Positions 1 to 8,161 of a stretch of 23,598 nt of DNA are shown here, in pieces. The position numbers were made by a program, and so were the translations under genes. The notes under the pieces were generated by a model, which saw only the letters and a program-made list of their open reading frames with translations, was not told where the DNA came from and ran no database searches. The stretch lies in the IMG/VR virus record IMGVR_UViG_3300023312_000045. The stretch is one strand, 5' to 3'. Positions within the stretch are counted from its first letter, which is position 1, and each line of letters begins with the position of its first letter. This DNA comes from a virus (Duplodnaviria > Heunggongvirae > Uroviricota > Caudoviricetes).

Positions 1-76
1 TATGAAATCAAGACAATCACACATCCGCACTTCGGCGATAAACCGGTAAAGGTGTACGCGATAAAGGTGAATATTG

Positions 77-415
77 ATGGCTAAATCAGCAGCAGAGCGC
101 AAAGCCGCTCAGAGAGCCAGACAAGCTGCATCTGGTGTGCGTAAGCTGGAAATTGTGCTTGATGCTCAGGAAATTGAAATGCTGGAGCGTAGCTGTGCCA
201 CGCGTCGCCCCGGGCGTGCGCCTTACGAATTTGGTGAGTATATAGCGTTACTGATCCGCCAGGATGATGCACGCGTGCGCGGGCGTATAAAATCGATCAG
301 CAGAAAATGTTGCGGTAAGTGCGGCGAGAGAGTTCCAGTTAATTCATGCCCGTGTAATGGTGACTCGCAATGCTGGGTGACTAAAGGCTGGCATGAAACG
401 AAATTAATAGTGTGA
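77..415 (+). CDS. Hypothetical protein with helical N-terminus and Cys-rich C-terminal zinc-ribbon-like motif (CxxC...CPC...C)
   Basis: ORF 74..415; ATG at 77 preceded by AAGGTGA; C-terminal CCGKCGERVPVNSCPCNGDSQC cluster; followed by a rho-independent terminator. Confidence 0.45.
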   Translation: MAKSAAERKAAQRARQAASGVRKLEIVLDAQEIEMLERSCATRRPGRAPYEFGEYIALLIRQDDARVRGRIKSISRKCCGKCGERVPVNSCPCNGDSQCWVTKGWHETKLIV

Positions 416-423
416 CATGTCAC
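412..423. repeat. 12-bp perfect palindrome GTGACATGTCAC, copy 1 of 3
   Basis: Exact sequence read at 412-423, overlapping the stop codon of the 77..415 gene and about 40 bp upstream of a terminator hairpin. Confidence 0.9.
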
Positions 424-464
424 GAGTAGATTATGCATGATGAATTTGATGGGTTTTGAATACT

Positions 465-490
465 GCCGCCAACTATGGCGGCTTTATTTT
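465..490 (+). terminator. Rho-independent terminator (GCCGCCA-ACTA-TGGCGGC followed by TTTATTTT)
   Basis: 7-bp perfect stem, 4-nt loop, T-rich tract read directly. Confidence 0.7.
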
Positions 491-501
491 GCATGGTACT
501 A

Positions 502-516
502 TTACCACAACGGTAA
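502..516. promoter_or_regulatory. TTACC-N5-GGTAA inverted-repeat site E, upstream of terS, embedded in tandem direct repeat ACTATTACCAC
   Basis: tTTACCacaacGGTAA read at 502-516; a second degenerate copy TTACCacggtGGTTA follows at 520-534; terS ATG at 534. Confidence 0.5.
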
Positions 517-533
517 CTATTACCACGGTGGTT

Positions 534-1130
534 ATGATGCCTGCTGAACCTAAAACCTATAAACGCAAATCAACGCAATTTAAGCCACTAACAGCAATGC
601 AGGAGGCTTATTGCCAGTCATACATCAAAACGCCTGAAAACCAGACTCAGGCAGCGATTAACGCAGGATTCTCCCCAAATACAGCGGCAGTTAAAGCCAG
701 TGTCATGATGCGCGATGAACGCATTCAAAAACGGATTGCCGAGCTGATGGAAGAGCGCAACAAACGAATGCGCGTCAGTGCTGATTACGTTCTCATGCGC
801 CTGGTGGAGATCGACCAGATGGACGTGATCGACATCCTCAACGACGATGGGAGCCTTAAGCCAATCCGCGAGTGGCCGAAAATCTGGCGCACTACGCTTA
901 GTGGCTTTGATCTGTCATCGACCATCATGAACATGAACGAGGATTCGATAGAGACAATCCTCAAAAAAATTAAATGGCCTGACAAGGTGAAGAACCTCGA
1001 ACTGATTGGTAAGCACGTCGACGTCAACGCATTCAAAGAACGCCTGGATGTTAATGTGAATGTGACAATTGCTGATCGCATAGCGGCAGCCAGGAAGAGA
1101 CTGAAAGAACGTCAGGATGGCAATCAGTGA
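534..1130 (+). CDS. Terminase small subunit
   Basis: Segment LTAMQEAYCQSYIKTPENQTQAAINAGFSPNTAAVKASVMMRDERIQKRIAELMEE matches the conserved core of P27-type small terminases as recalled; immediately upstream of and overlapping terL. Start moved from ORF-track 456 to ATG 534 because the upstream part overlaps the terminator hairpin. Confidence 0.8.
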   Translation: MMPAEPKTYKRKSTQFKPLTAMQEAYCQSYIKTPENQTQAAINAGFSPNTAAVKASVMMRDERIQKRIAELMEERNKRMRVSADYVLMRLVEIDQMDVIDILNDDGSLKPIREWPKIWRTTLSGFDLSSTIMNMNEDSIETILKKIKWPDKVKNLELIGKHVDVNAFKERLDVNVNVTIADRIAAARKRLKERQDGNQ

Positions 1131-2602
1131 CAGATACAGCGTTATCTCCTGAAGAGCAGTTAATCGAGGATATTGCAGGGTTCACTCACGATCCGCTTGG
1201 CTATGCCCTCTATGCGTTCCCATGGGGGGAAGAGGGGACTGAACTGGCACATGCCACCGGCCCACGTCAGTGGCAGGCTGATGCGTTCCGAGAGATACGT
1301 GATCACCTGCAGAATCCAGAGACGCGCTATCAGCCGCTTATGCTGGCACGCGCTTCTGGTCACGGTATTGGTAAATCCGCATTCATCTCAATGCTGATCA
1401 ACTGGGGCATGTCCACTTGCGAGGATTGTAAGGTCGTGGTGACCGCCAACACCGACAACCAGCTACGAACGAAGACCTGGCCGGAAATTATCAAGTGGTC
1501 GAACCTTGCTATCACGAAAGACTGGTTTACCTGTACCGCTACCGCGATGTACAGCAATGACCTAGGGCACGACAAGCGGTGGCGGGCTGACGCAATACCC
1601 TGGTCTGAGCACAACACCGAGGCATTCGCCGGACTACACAACGAGCGCAAACGCATCATCGTGGTGTTTGATGAAGCGTCGAACATTGCGGATCTGGTGT
1701 GGGAAGTTGCCGAGGGTGCGCTTACGGACGAAGACACTGAGATTATCTGGGTGGCGTTCGGAAACCCTACACGTAACACCGGGCGTTTTCGCGAATGTTT
1801 CCGCAAATATAAACACCGCTGGAAAACTGCGCAGATTGACAGCCGGACGGTGGAAGGCACTAACAAACAGCAGTTGCAGAAATGGGTTGATGACTACGGG
1901 GAAGACAGCGACTTCGTTAAAATCCGTGTGCGTGGCATATTCCCTGATGCATCTGAATTGCAGTTTATCCCTACCGGTCTTACTGACGAGGCAATGAAAC
2001 GGGTGGTAACCGCTGCGCAGGTTGCACATGCTCCGGTGATAATCGGCGTTGACCCGGCATACTCCGGCGTTGATGACGCTGTGATATACCTGCGGCAGGG
2101 GCTACACAGTAAGGTGCTGTGGACTGGCAACAAGACTACCGACGATCTGATTATGGCGAAGCGTATCGCTGACTTTGAAGACCAGTATCAGGCTGACGCG
2201 GTGTTCATCGACTTCGGTTACGGAACCGGTTTGAAGTCAATCGGTGACGGCTGGGGTCGTACATGGCAACTTGTTCCGTTCGGTGGCGCGTCTACTGACC
2301 CGCAGATGCTCAACAAGCGTGGGGAGATGTTCAATTCATGCAAGACATGGCTGAGGCTGGGCGGCATGCTGGATGACCAGGAAACAGCAGACGACCTGTC
2401 GGCGGCAGAGTACAAAGTTCGAGTGGACGGTAAAATCGTTATCGAACCGAAGGAAGATATCAAAGAGCGACTTGGGCGTTCTCCTGGTAAAGGCGATGCG
2501 CTACTGCTGACGTTTGCTTTCCCGGTCTCGAAACGCATAAATATACCTGGACAGCAAAGCCAGCAGGGAAGGGCCATAACGGATTATGACCCTTATGCTT
2601 AA
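1127..2602 (+). CDS. Terminase large subunit
   Basis: 491 aa; P-loop-like GHGIGKS motif; position between terS and portal; GTG start overlapping the terS stop. Confidence 0.8.
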   Translation: MTDTALSPEEQLIEDIAGFTHDPLGYALYAFPWGEEGTELAHATGPRQWQADAFREIRDHLQNPETRYQPLMLARASGHGIGKSAFISMLINWGMSTCEDCKVVVTANTDNQLRTKTWPEIIKWSNLAITKDWFTCTATAMYSNDLGHDKRWRADAIPWSEHNTEAFAGLHNERKRIIVVFDEASNIADLVWEVAEGALTDEDTEIIWVAFGNPTRNTGRFRECFRKYKHRWKTAQIDSRTVEGTNKQQLQKWVDDYGEDSDFVKIRVRGIFPDASELQFIPTGLTDEAMKRVVTAAQVAHAPVIIGVDPAYSGVDDAVIYLRQGLHSKVLWTGNKTTDDLIMAKRIADFEDQYQADAVFIDFGYGTGLKSIGDGWGRTWQLVPFGGASTDPQMLNKRGEMFNSCKTWLRLGGMLDDQETADDLSAAEYKVRVDGKIVIEPKEDIKERLGRSPGKGDALLLTFAFPVSKRINIPGQQSQQGRAITDYDPYA

Positions 2603-2652
2603 TCCGCTGGTGGGGATAATACTGCTGATATCCTCTGGTGAGGATAAAACAA

Positions 2653-2677
2653 AGCCAGCTCATCGGCTGGCTGTTTG
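2653..2677 (+). terminator. Terminator-like hairpin after terL (AGCCAGC-TCATCG-GCTGGCT then GTTTG)
   Basis: 7-bp stem read directly; weak T tract; immediately followed by palindrome copy 2. Confidence 0.4.
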
Positions 2678-2688
2678 TGACATGTCAC
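2677..2688. repeat. 12-bp perfect palindrome GTGACATGTCAC, copy 2 of 3
   Basis: Exact sequence at 2677-2688 between the convergent terL (+) and 2693..3067 (-) genes. Confidence 0.9.
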
Positions 2689-2692
2689 GGTG

Positions 2693-3067
2693 TTATTGCT
2701 CGCTTAACTTCTGCTTCAGCAAGTAACCTTCGAGCATCCAGATTTTGTTTACAGCATTCTGCCGGGCAATCTTCCGACCAATTTCTGCATCAAAGTTTTC
2801 CGGGCTTGCACAGGCACTCTCTCCGGTAACGGTGAAGCCATTCTTCAGTACCAATACGCAGAAAGTGAGAAGGTGCAGAGCATCAGGGGTGGCTTCGACA
2901 TAAGGCTCCGGATTATAAATAAGGTCATCTTCTTTAGCCTGGTGGTCACCCTGCGCAGCAGTGAAAAAATGCTCACTGCAAATGAGGCCTTCAATTTTCT
3001 CGGGTGTTACACGCGGAGCGGTTTTGCCTTTCTCAACGATTTCTTTTTCGATTTGCTGGTCGTTCAT
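2693..3067 (-). CDS. Hypothetical moron protein (124 aa), opposite strand to the flanking late genes
   Basis: ORF with AAGGTGAG Shine-Dalgarno 11 nt upstream; inserted between terL and portal; possibly a gp49/Sf6 gene 66-like phage protein (weak recollection only). Confidence 0.5.
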   Translation of the reverse strand: MNDQQIEKEIVEKGKTAPRVTPEKIEGLICSEHFFTAAQGDHQAKEDDLIYNPEPYVEATPDALHLLTFCVLVLKNGFTVTGESACASPENFDAEIGRKIARQNAVNKIWMLEGYLLKQKLSEQ

Positions 3068-3078
3068 AATCTCACCTT

Positions 3079-3102
3079 AAAAAAATGCCCGGCGAACCGG
3101 GC
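3079..3102 (-). terminator. Rho-independent terminator/attenuator hairpin directly upstream of the 124-aa gene RBS
   Basis: Minus-strand reading GCCCGG-UUCG-CCGGGC followed by AUUUUUUU, then AAGGUGAG and AUG. Confidence 0.55.
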
Positions 3103-3185
3103 GAACTGGAAGCAATGAGTTATGCCTTCCGTGGCTGTACGGGTTTACAGCATGAAGTCATCGCAATGGCGTCCTGCTGTAAAAA

Positions 3186-3222
3186 GGGCGGTGATAGTCC
3201 TTCAAGGGAAACTATCACCGCC
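3186..3222 (-). terminator. Rho-independent terminator downstream of the tRNA (12-bp perfect stem, 12-nt loop, then CUUUUU on minus strand)
   Basis: GGCGGTGATAGT / ACTATCACCGCC inverted repeat read at 3187-3222 with A-tract 3181-3185 on the + strand. Confidence 0.65.
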
Positions 3223-3265
3223 AAGCACCTGGAACTTCTGGCATCACGGTCCTTAGGCGTGATTC

Positions 3266-3342
3266 TGGCGTGGCATGCAGGATTCGAACCTGCGACCAAC
3301 CGCTTAGAAGGCGGTTGCTCTGTCCAACTGAGCTAATGCCAC
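3266..3342 (-). tRNA. tRNA-Arg (anticodon UCU), phage-encoded argU-like
   Basis: Reverse complement folds as a canonical cloverleaf: acceptor GTGGCAT/ATGCCAC, D-stem GCTC/GAGC, anticodon stem ACCGC/GCGGT with loop CTTCTAA (anticodon TCT), T-stem GCAGG/CCTGC with TTCGAAT loop, discriminator G and encoded CCA. Confidence 0.88.
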
Positions 3343-3664
3343 AACGCTGAGAGCACTTAGCCTGTTAAGGCGCCACACTTTGTCGCGGCTCCATAAATGC
3401 TCTCATCGTTGTACCCTCGTCTCTTCCGAGGCGTCACACCGAATCGCCGGGATGGTGAATCCCCGTGCGCGGAATAAAACCGCTCGACTTGCACATTCCG
3501 GCTACCTGGTTCGTTTGCCCGAGCAAGGGAGGGTGCCCCTTAAACGTATCCAGACCGCTATCGGCGCATGTGCCATACGCCGTACTGCTCAAAATAAAAG
3601 CTCACTCCACCTGTTTAATTTAACGACAAGCCAGTCAGGTTAGTAACCAGAATGAGCCCTTTGG

Positions 3665-3679
3665 TTACCTGAAAGGTAA
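3665..3679. promoter_or_regulatory. TTACC-N5-GGTAA site A, upstream of the portal operon; followed by TAATTA -10-like hexamer
   Basis: TTACCtgaaaGGTAA read at 3665-3679; identical 17-mer TTACCTGAAAGGTAATA also present at site B. Confidence 0.55.
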
Positions 3680-3726
3680 TAATTAACGCGTTAAATGTCA
3701 ACCTTCTACGATAAATAAATCATATG

Positions 3727-3741
3727 TGGTTAAATTGGTAA
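3727..3741. promoter_or_regulatory. Degenerate second site TGGTT-N5-GGTAA within shared CATATGTGGTT...GGTAATA element (portal operon leader)
   Basis: catatgTGGTTaaattGGTAAtaa at 3721-3743; the same element occurs upstream of the tailspike gene. Confidence 0.4.
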
Positions 3742-3769
3742 TAATTTAATTGCGTACGGAGTCATTGAT

Positions 3770-3976
3770 ATGTGCATGGGTAGCTCACCATCAGTGCCTG
3801 CAACACCAGAAGTTCAGGCAGCACCACAGGAGCAGGATGCCGCCGTTGTTGATGCCCGCGACGAAGAAACACGTCGCCGTCGCGCTGCTGCTGGTCGTAG
3901 TTCTACGCTGCTTACCGGTTCTCAGGGCGACACATCAACCGCTAATACCAGCGGTAAAACGCTGCTTGGTCAGTAA
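3770..3976 (+). CDS. Small hypothetical protein (68 aa), low-complexity, first gene of the portal operon
   Basis: ORF with the same 12-nt RBS context CGGAGTCATTGA as the portal gene; no recognisable domain. Confidence 0.4.
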   Translation: MCMGSSPSVPATPEVQAAPQEQDAAVVDARDEETRRRRAAAGRSSTLLTGSQGDTSTANTSGKTLLGQ

Positions 3977-3990
3977 CCGGAGTCATTGAA

Positions 3991-5670
3991 ATGGCGGAAA
4001 CAACTAAAGAGCGATTGAACAAACAGTTCGCACAACTTGAAAGCGAGCGTCAGTCGTTCGAGCCGCACTGGCGCGAGTTGAGTGATTACATCAACCCGCG
4101 TGGTTCCCGCTTTCTGACTTCTGAAGTCAACCGTAACGATCGACGCAATACACGCATTATTGATTCGACCGGGACTATGGCGGCGCGCACTCTCGCCAGC
4201 GGCATGATGTCAGGCATCACAAGCCCTGCGCGTCCGTGGTTTCGCCTGGCTACGCCAGATCCTGAAATGATGGATTATGGTCCTGTTAAGTTGTGGCTCG
4301 AGGCGGTGCAGAACCGCATGAACGATATGTTCAATAAGTCGAATCTCTACCAGTCTCTTCCGCAGTTATACGGAAGCCTCGGCACATACAGCACTGGTGC
4401 AATGGCGGTGCTGGAGGATGACGAGGACATCATTCGCACAATGCCATTCCCGATAGGCAGTTACTACCTGGCTAACTCACCTCGTGGCAGTGTGGACACC
4501 TGTTTTCGCAAGTTCTCTATGACTGTTCGTCAGCTTGTTCAGGAGTTCGGGCTAAATAACGTCAGCGAATCCGTAAAAAGCATGTGGGAAAGCGGCACCT
4601 ACGAGAAGTGGATTGAAGTGATGCATTCGGTTTACCCGAACATTGACCGCGATACATCGAAGCTGGATAGCAAGAACAAGCCATTCAAATCGGTTTATTA
4701 CGAGGTTGGTGGCGATAACGACAAGTTGTTGCGTGAGTCCGGATTCGATGAGTTTCCAATTATGGCTCCGCGCTGGGAAGTTAACGGCGAAGATGTTTAT
4801 GGATCATCATGCCCGGGTATGCTGGCGCTTGGACCTGTTAAGGCATTGCAGCTTCTCCAGAAGCGCAAGTCGCAGTTGATTGATAAAGCCACCAATCCGC
4901 CGATGGTTGCTCCGACTTCCCTCAAGAATCAGCGCGCCTCCCTTCTTCCTGGCGACATCACGTATATCGATCAGATTACTGGTCAGGATGGTTTCAGGCC
5001 TGCTTATCTGGTTAACCCCAGTACAGCAGATTTGGTGGCAGACATTCAGGACACTCGTCAAATCATTAACAGCGCCTACTTTGTCGATCTGTTCATGATG
5101 TTGCAGAACATCAATACCCGCTCGATGCCTGTGGAAGCGGTGATCGAAATGAAAGAAGAAAAACTTCTGATGTTGGGGCCGGTTCTGGAGCGCCTGAACG
5201 ACGAATGTCTTAATCCTCTCATTGATCGCTCTTTCTCGATGATGGTGCGTAAAAACATGCTGCCGCCACCGCCTGACGCGATGGAAGGCATGCCCCTGAA
5301 GGTCGAATACATTTCCGTCATGGCTCAGGCGCAGAAGTCTATCGGCCTGTCCAGTCTGGCGTCCACGGTTAACTTCATTGGTCAACTTGCGCAAGCGAAA
5401 CCAGAAGCTCTCGACAAACTCAACGTTGATCAGGCGATCGATGCATTCGCTGATATGTCCGGAGTGTCTCCAACCGTCATTGTTCCGCAGGAACAGGTTG
5501 AGCAGGCTCGCCAGCAACGGGCACAGCAACAACAGCAGCAACAAATGATGGCGATGGGGATGGCGGCGGCACAGGGTGCCAAGACGCTAAGTGAAGCTAA
5601 AACTTCGGATCCGAGTGTTTTGTCAGCTATGGCGAATGCAGTTAGTGGTCAGGGTGGGCAATCACAATGA
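3991..5670 (+). CDS. Portal (head-to-tail connector) protein, T7 gp8-type
   Basis: 559 aa; the N-terminal LASGMMSGITSPARPWFRL region and the Q/A/M-rich C-terminus (QQRAQQQQQQQMMAMGMAAAQG) resemble the T7 connector as recalled; lies after the terminase genes. Confidence 0.8.
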   Translation: MAETTKERLNKQFAQLESERQSFEPHWRELSDYINPRGSRFLTSEVNRNDRRNTRIIDSTGTMAARTLASGMMSGITSPARPWFRLATPDPEMMDYGPVKLWLEAVQNRMNDMFNKSNLYQSLPQLYGSLGTYSTGAMAVLEDDEDIIRTMPFPIGSYYLANSPRGSVDTCFRKFSMTVRQLVQEFGLNNVSESVKSMWESGTYEKWIEVMHSVYPNIDRDTSKLDSKNKPFKSVYYEVGGDNDKLLRESGFDEFPIMAPRWEVNGEDVYGSSCPGMLALGPVKALQLLQKRKSQLIDKATNPPMVAPTSLKNQRASLLPGDITYIDQITGQDGFRPAYLVNPSTADLVADIQDTRQIINSAYFVDLFMMLQNINTRSMPVEAVIEMKEEKLLMLGPVLERLNDECLNPLIDRSFSMMVRKNMLPPPPDAMEGMPLKVEYISVMAQAQKSIGLSSLASTVNFIGQLAQAKPEALDKLNVDQAIDAFADMSGVSPTVIVPQEQVEQARQQRAQQQQQQQMMAMGMAAAQGAKTLSEAKTSDPSVLSAMANAVSGQGGQSQ

Positions 5671-5963
5671 CAGATTACGAAGACGATCAACTGAAAGAAG
5701 AAAACGCCCGTAAGCAACGTGACATGGCGCAGCGTGAAATTGATGACATTCGCTTTGTCATGAGCAGTGAACAGGGGCGTCGCGTTGTCTGGTCGGTGCT
5801 GGAGAAAGGCCGTGTGTTTTCCGCTATCTCACCGATGGACGCTATGGCAATGGCATTTAATGAGGGGCAACGCAATCTGGCGCTGGAACTGTTTCAGCGC
5901 GTTATGGCGCATTGCCCTGAACAGTATTTGAAGATGGCCAAAGAGGCCAGTGAACAGGAGTGA
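5667..5963 (+). CDS. Small conserved head-assembly-associated hypothetical protein (98 aa)
   Basis: ATGA overlap with the portal stop; acidic helical protein between portal and scaffold. Confidence 0.5.
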   Translation: MTDYEDDQLKEENARKQRDMAQREIDDIRFVMSSEQGRRVVWSVLEKGRVFSAISPMDAMAMAFNEGQRNLALELFQRVMAHCPEQYLKMAKEASEQE

Positions 5964-5965
5964 TC

Positions 5966-6661
5966 ATGAATTTATTTGAGCGTTTGCTGTATCGCCGTAT
6001 TTGCAATGAGCAACCAGTCGATGGTGGAGCAGCTCCGGCTGCGTCAGAACCGTCAGCGCCTGCAGGTGATAACCCTGCTCCAGTTGGTGATCCATCACAA
6101 CAGGAAGGTGATAAGCCACAACCTGTTGCTGATGGCGATAAACCTGCTGATGACAAAAAGCCTGAAAACGATAAGCAGGATGAAAAAAAGGACGGCGATA
6201 AACCAGAGGGTGCGCCTGAAAAGTACGAGTTTCAGGCTGCCGAAGGCGTAGAGCTGGATACAGAAGCGTTGAAGGAATTCGAGCCGGTGGCGCGAGAACT
6301 AAACCTGACCAACGAGCAAGCGCAAAAGCTGGTTGATGCTTATCCGAAGATTCTGGCAGGTGTTCAGCAGCGCCAGGCAGAAGCCTGGCAGAAAACAACC
6401 GAGCAGTGGGCTGCGGATGTAAAAGCCGACAAAGAAATCGGTGGCGACAAGTTGATTTCTAACCTTAGCGCCGCACAGCGTGCGCTTGACCAGTTCGGGA
6501 CACCTGAACTCAAAGAATATCTGAACACCACCGGGCTGGGTAATCACCCTGATCTGGTCAAAACGTTCGTGAAAATCGGAAAGGCGATGTCTGAAGATGG
6601 CATGGTCACCGGTGGTAATGAAGGCCAGCGTAGTGCGGCCGAAGTGCTCTATGGCAAATAA
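5966..6661 (+). CDS. Scaffolding protein (putative)
   Basis: Position between portal and major capsid; acidic Pro/Asp/Lys-rich repeats (GDKPxxD) in the N-terminal half and helical C-terminal half; AACAGGAG RBS before ATG 5966. Confidence 0.6.
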   Translation: MNLFERLLYRRICNEQPVDGGAAPAASEPSAPAGDNPAPVGDPSQQEGDKPQPVADGDKPADDKKPENDKQDEKKDGDKPEGAPEKYEFQAAEGVELDTEALKEFEPVARELNLTNEQAQKLVDAYPKILAGVQQRQAEAWQKTTEQWAADVKADKEIGGDKLISNLSAAQRALDQFGTPELKEYLNTTGLGNHPDLVKTFVKIGKAMSEDGMVTGGNEGQRSAAEVLYGK

Positions 6662-6675
6662 GAGAGGAAATGACA

Positions 6676-7662
6676 ATGGCTGTTAAAGGCTTAACTGCGC
6701 TGACGCTGGCTGACTGGGGTAAGCGCGTCGATCCAAACGGGAAAGTCGATAAGATTATCGAGCTTCTCGGTCAAACTAACCCGATCCTTCAGGATATGCC
6801 TTTTGTCGAAGGGAACCTTCCTACCGGACACCGAACCACCATTCGTTCTGGTTTACCTTCAGCTACCTGGCGTTTGCTGAACTATGGCGTACAGCCAAGC
6901 AAATCAACCACAGTGCAGGTAACCGATTCCGTTGGCATGCTGGAAACCTATGCGGAAGTCGATAAGTCACTGGCTGATCTGAACGGCAATACCGCCGAAT
7001 TCCGCCTGTCTGAAGACCGCGCATTTATTGAAGCGATGAATCAGCAGATGGCGCAGACGCTGTTTTATGGTGATTCCAGCGTTAACCCTCAGCAGTTTAT
7101 GGGACTGTCCTCCCGCTATTCCAGCCTGTCTGCGGGTAATGCTCAGAACATCATTGATGCTGGTGGCACGGGTACAGATAACACCTCAATCTGGTTAGTG
7201 GTGTGGGGCGAAAACACCGTGCATGGCATCTTCCCGAAAGGGCAGAAGGCTGGCATCCAGATGGAAGATAAAGGCCAGGTGACACTGGAAGATGCTAATG
7301 GCGGCAAGTACGAAGGCTACCGTACCCATTACAAATGGGACAACGGACTTGCTCTGCGTGACTGGCGTTATGTTGTTCGCATTGCAAACATCGATGTCAG
7401 CAATCTTTCAGAACCATCCTCTGCCGCAAATATTGCGAAGTTGATGGTTAAAGCACTACATCGCATTCCAAACCGTGGCATGGGCCGCCCGGTGTTCTAC
7501 ATGAACCGCACTGTAGGCCAGGCTCTTGATCTGCAGTCTCTGGAGAAAACATCTCTGGCTATCAGCGTAAAAGAGACAGAAGGCGAGTGGTGGACTTCAT
7601 TCCGTGGTGTACCAATCCGTGAAACTGATGCGCTTCTGGAAACAGAAGCCAGCGTGGTGTAA
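6676..7662 (+). CDS. Major capsid protein (putative)
   Basis: About 330 aa, directly after scaffold, with GAGAGG RBS; gene-order inference, family not confirmed. Confidence 0.65.
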   Translation: MAVKGLTALTLADWGKRVDPNGKVDKIIELLGQTNPILQDMPFVEGNLPTGHRTTIRSGLPSATWRLLNYGVQPSKSTTVQVTDSVGMLETYAEVDKSLADLNGNTAEFRLSEDRAFIEAMNQQMAQTLFYGDSSVNPQQFMGLSSRYSSLSAGNAQNIIDAGGTGTDNTSIWLVVWGENTVHGIFPKGQKAGIQMEDKGQVTLEDANGGKYEGYRTHYKWDNGLALRDWRYVVRIANIDVSNLSEPSSAANIAKLMVKALHRIPNRGMGRPVFYMNRTVGQALDLQSLEKTSLAISVKETEGEWWTSFRGVPIRETDALLETEASVV

Positions 7663-7678
7663 CGCCTGTTATTAACCT

Positions 7679-7698
7679 GTGGGTCGTAACAGACCCAC
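7679..7698 (+). other. Intergenic hairpin (GTGGGTC-GTAACA-GACCCAC) after the capsid gene; possible RNA processing or partial terminator site
   Basis: 7-bp perfect stem read directly; no T tract. Confidence 0.35.
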
Positions 7699-7713
7699 TA
7701 ATGGAGAAAGAAG

Positions 7714-8151
7714 ATGATCACCGACAAACTGTTGATGTTCTCCGAAGCACAGGCGGTAACTGATACCGCGGCTTCTACTGACGTAATCGATCTCGGTCCA
7801 ATTGACGGAAAACGTCGTGATATCGGCGTTGGTTACCCGCTTGAGTTTTGGGCGCTGGTTAACACAGCCGCCACGGCAAGTGGTGATGCAACTGTAAACA
7901 TCCAGTTGCAGACGAGTGAAAATAACAGCTCATGGACCACTATTTATGATAGTGGCGCACTGGCAAAGACCGCCCTGACAGCAGGTAAACGAGTTGTTTC
8001 TGCAAAGGTGCCTGCCGGTGTTCAGCGATATCTGCGTGTTAACTACTCCGTCGCAACTGGCCCACTAACGGCTGGCGAATTCACTGCTGGTATCAGTCTT
8101 GATGTTGATGCCAATACGCCGTATCCGATCCGCTCAAAAGTAACTGGTTAA
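7714..8151 (+). CDS. Virion structural protein (145 aa; possible minor capsid/decoration protein)
   Basis: GGAGAAAG RBS; beta-rich Thr/Ser/Ala/Val composition; follows the capsid gene. Confidence 0.5.
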   Translation: MITDKLLMFSEAQAVTDTAASTDVIDLGPIDGKRRDIGVGYPLEFWALVNTAATASGDATVNIQLQTSENNSSWTTIYDSGALAKTALTAGKRVVSAKVPAGVQRYLRVNYSVATGPLTAGEFTAGISLDVDANTPYPIRSKVTG

Positions 8152-8161
8152 GGTGATATCG

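Noticed and set aside
3266-3342. tRNA-Arg as the prophage attachment site (attL/attR)
   Set aside because: The tRNA is complete, has its own terminator, is embedded between terL and portal rather than at a prophage end, and no integrase or direct repeat of its 3' end was seen in the window.
3085-3643. ORFs 3085..3336 (+) and 3380..3643 (+) in the tRNA island
   Set aside because: The first overlaps the tRNA gene and two terminators on the opposite strand; the second lies in the tRNA promoter region; neither has an RBS and the region is better explained by RNA features.
4807-5544. 245-aa minus-strand ORF antisense to the portal gene (similar long antisense ORFs at 9215..9919, 16461..17285, 17072..17713, 1360..1866)
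   Set aside because: They lie entirely inside well-supported + strand virion genes in tightly packed operons, have no convincing RBS, and show Arg/Leu/Ser-heavy composition typical of antisense frames; treated as non-coding shadows.
5515-5550. CAG/CAA-rich tract encoding a poly-Gln run in the portal C-terminus as a simple-sequence repeat element
   Set aside because: It is in frame within the portal gene and a Q/A/M-rich C-terminal tail is a normal feature of T7-type connectors; not an independent repeat feature.
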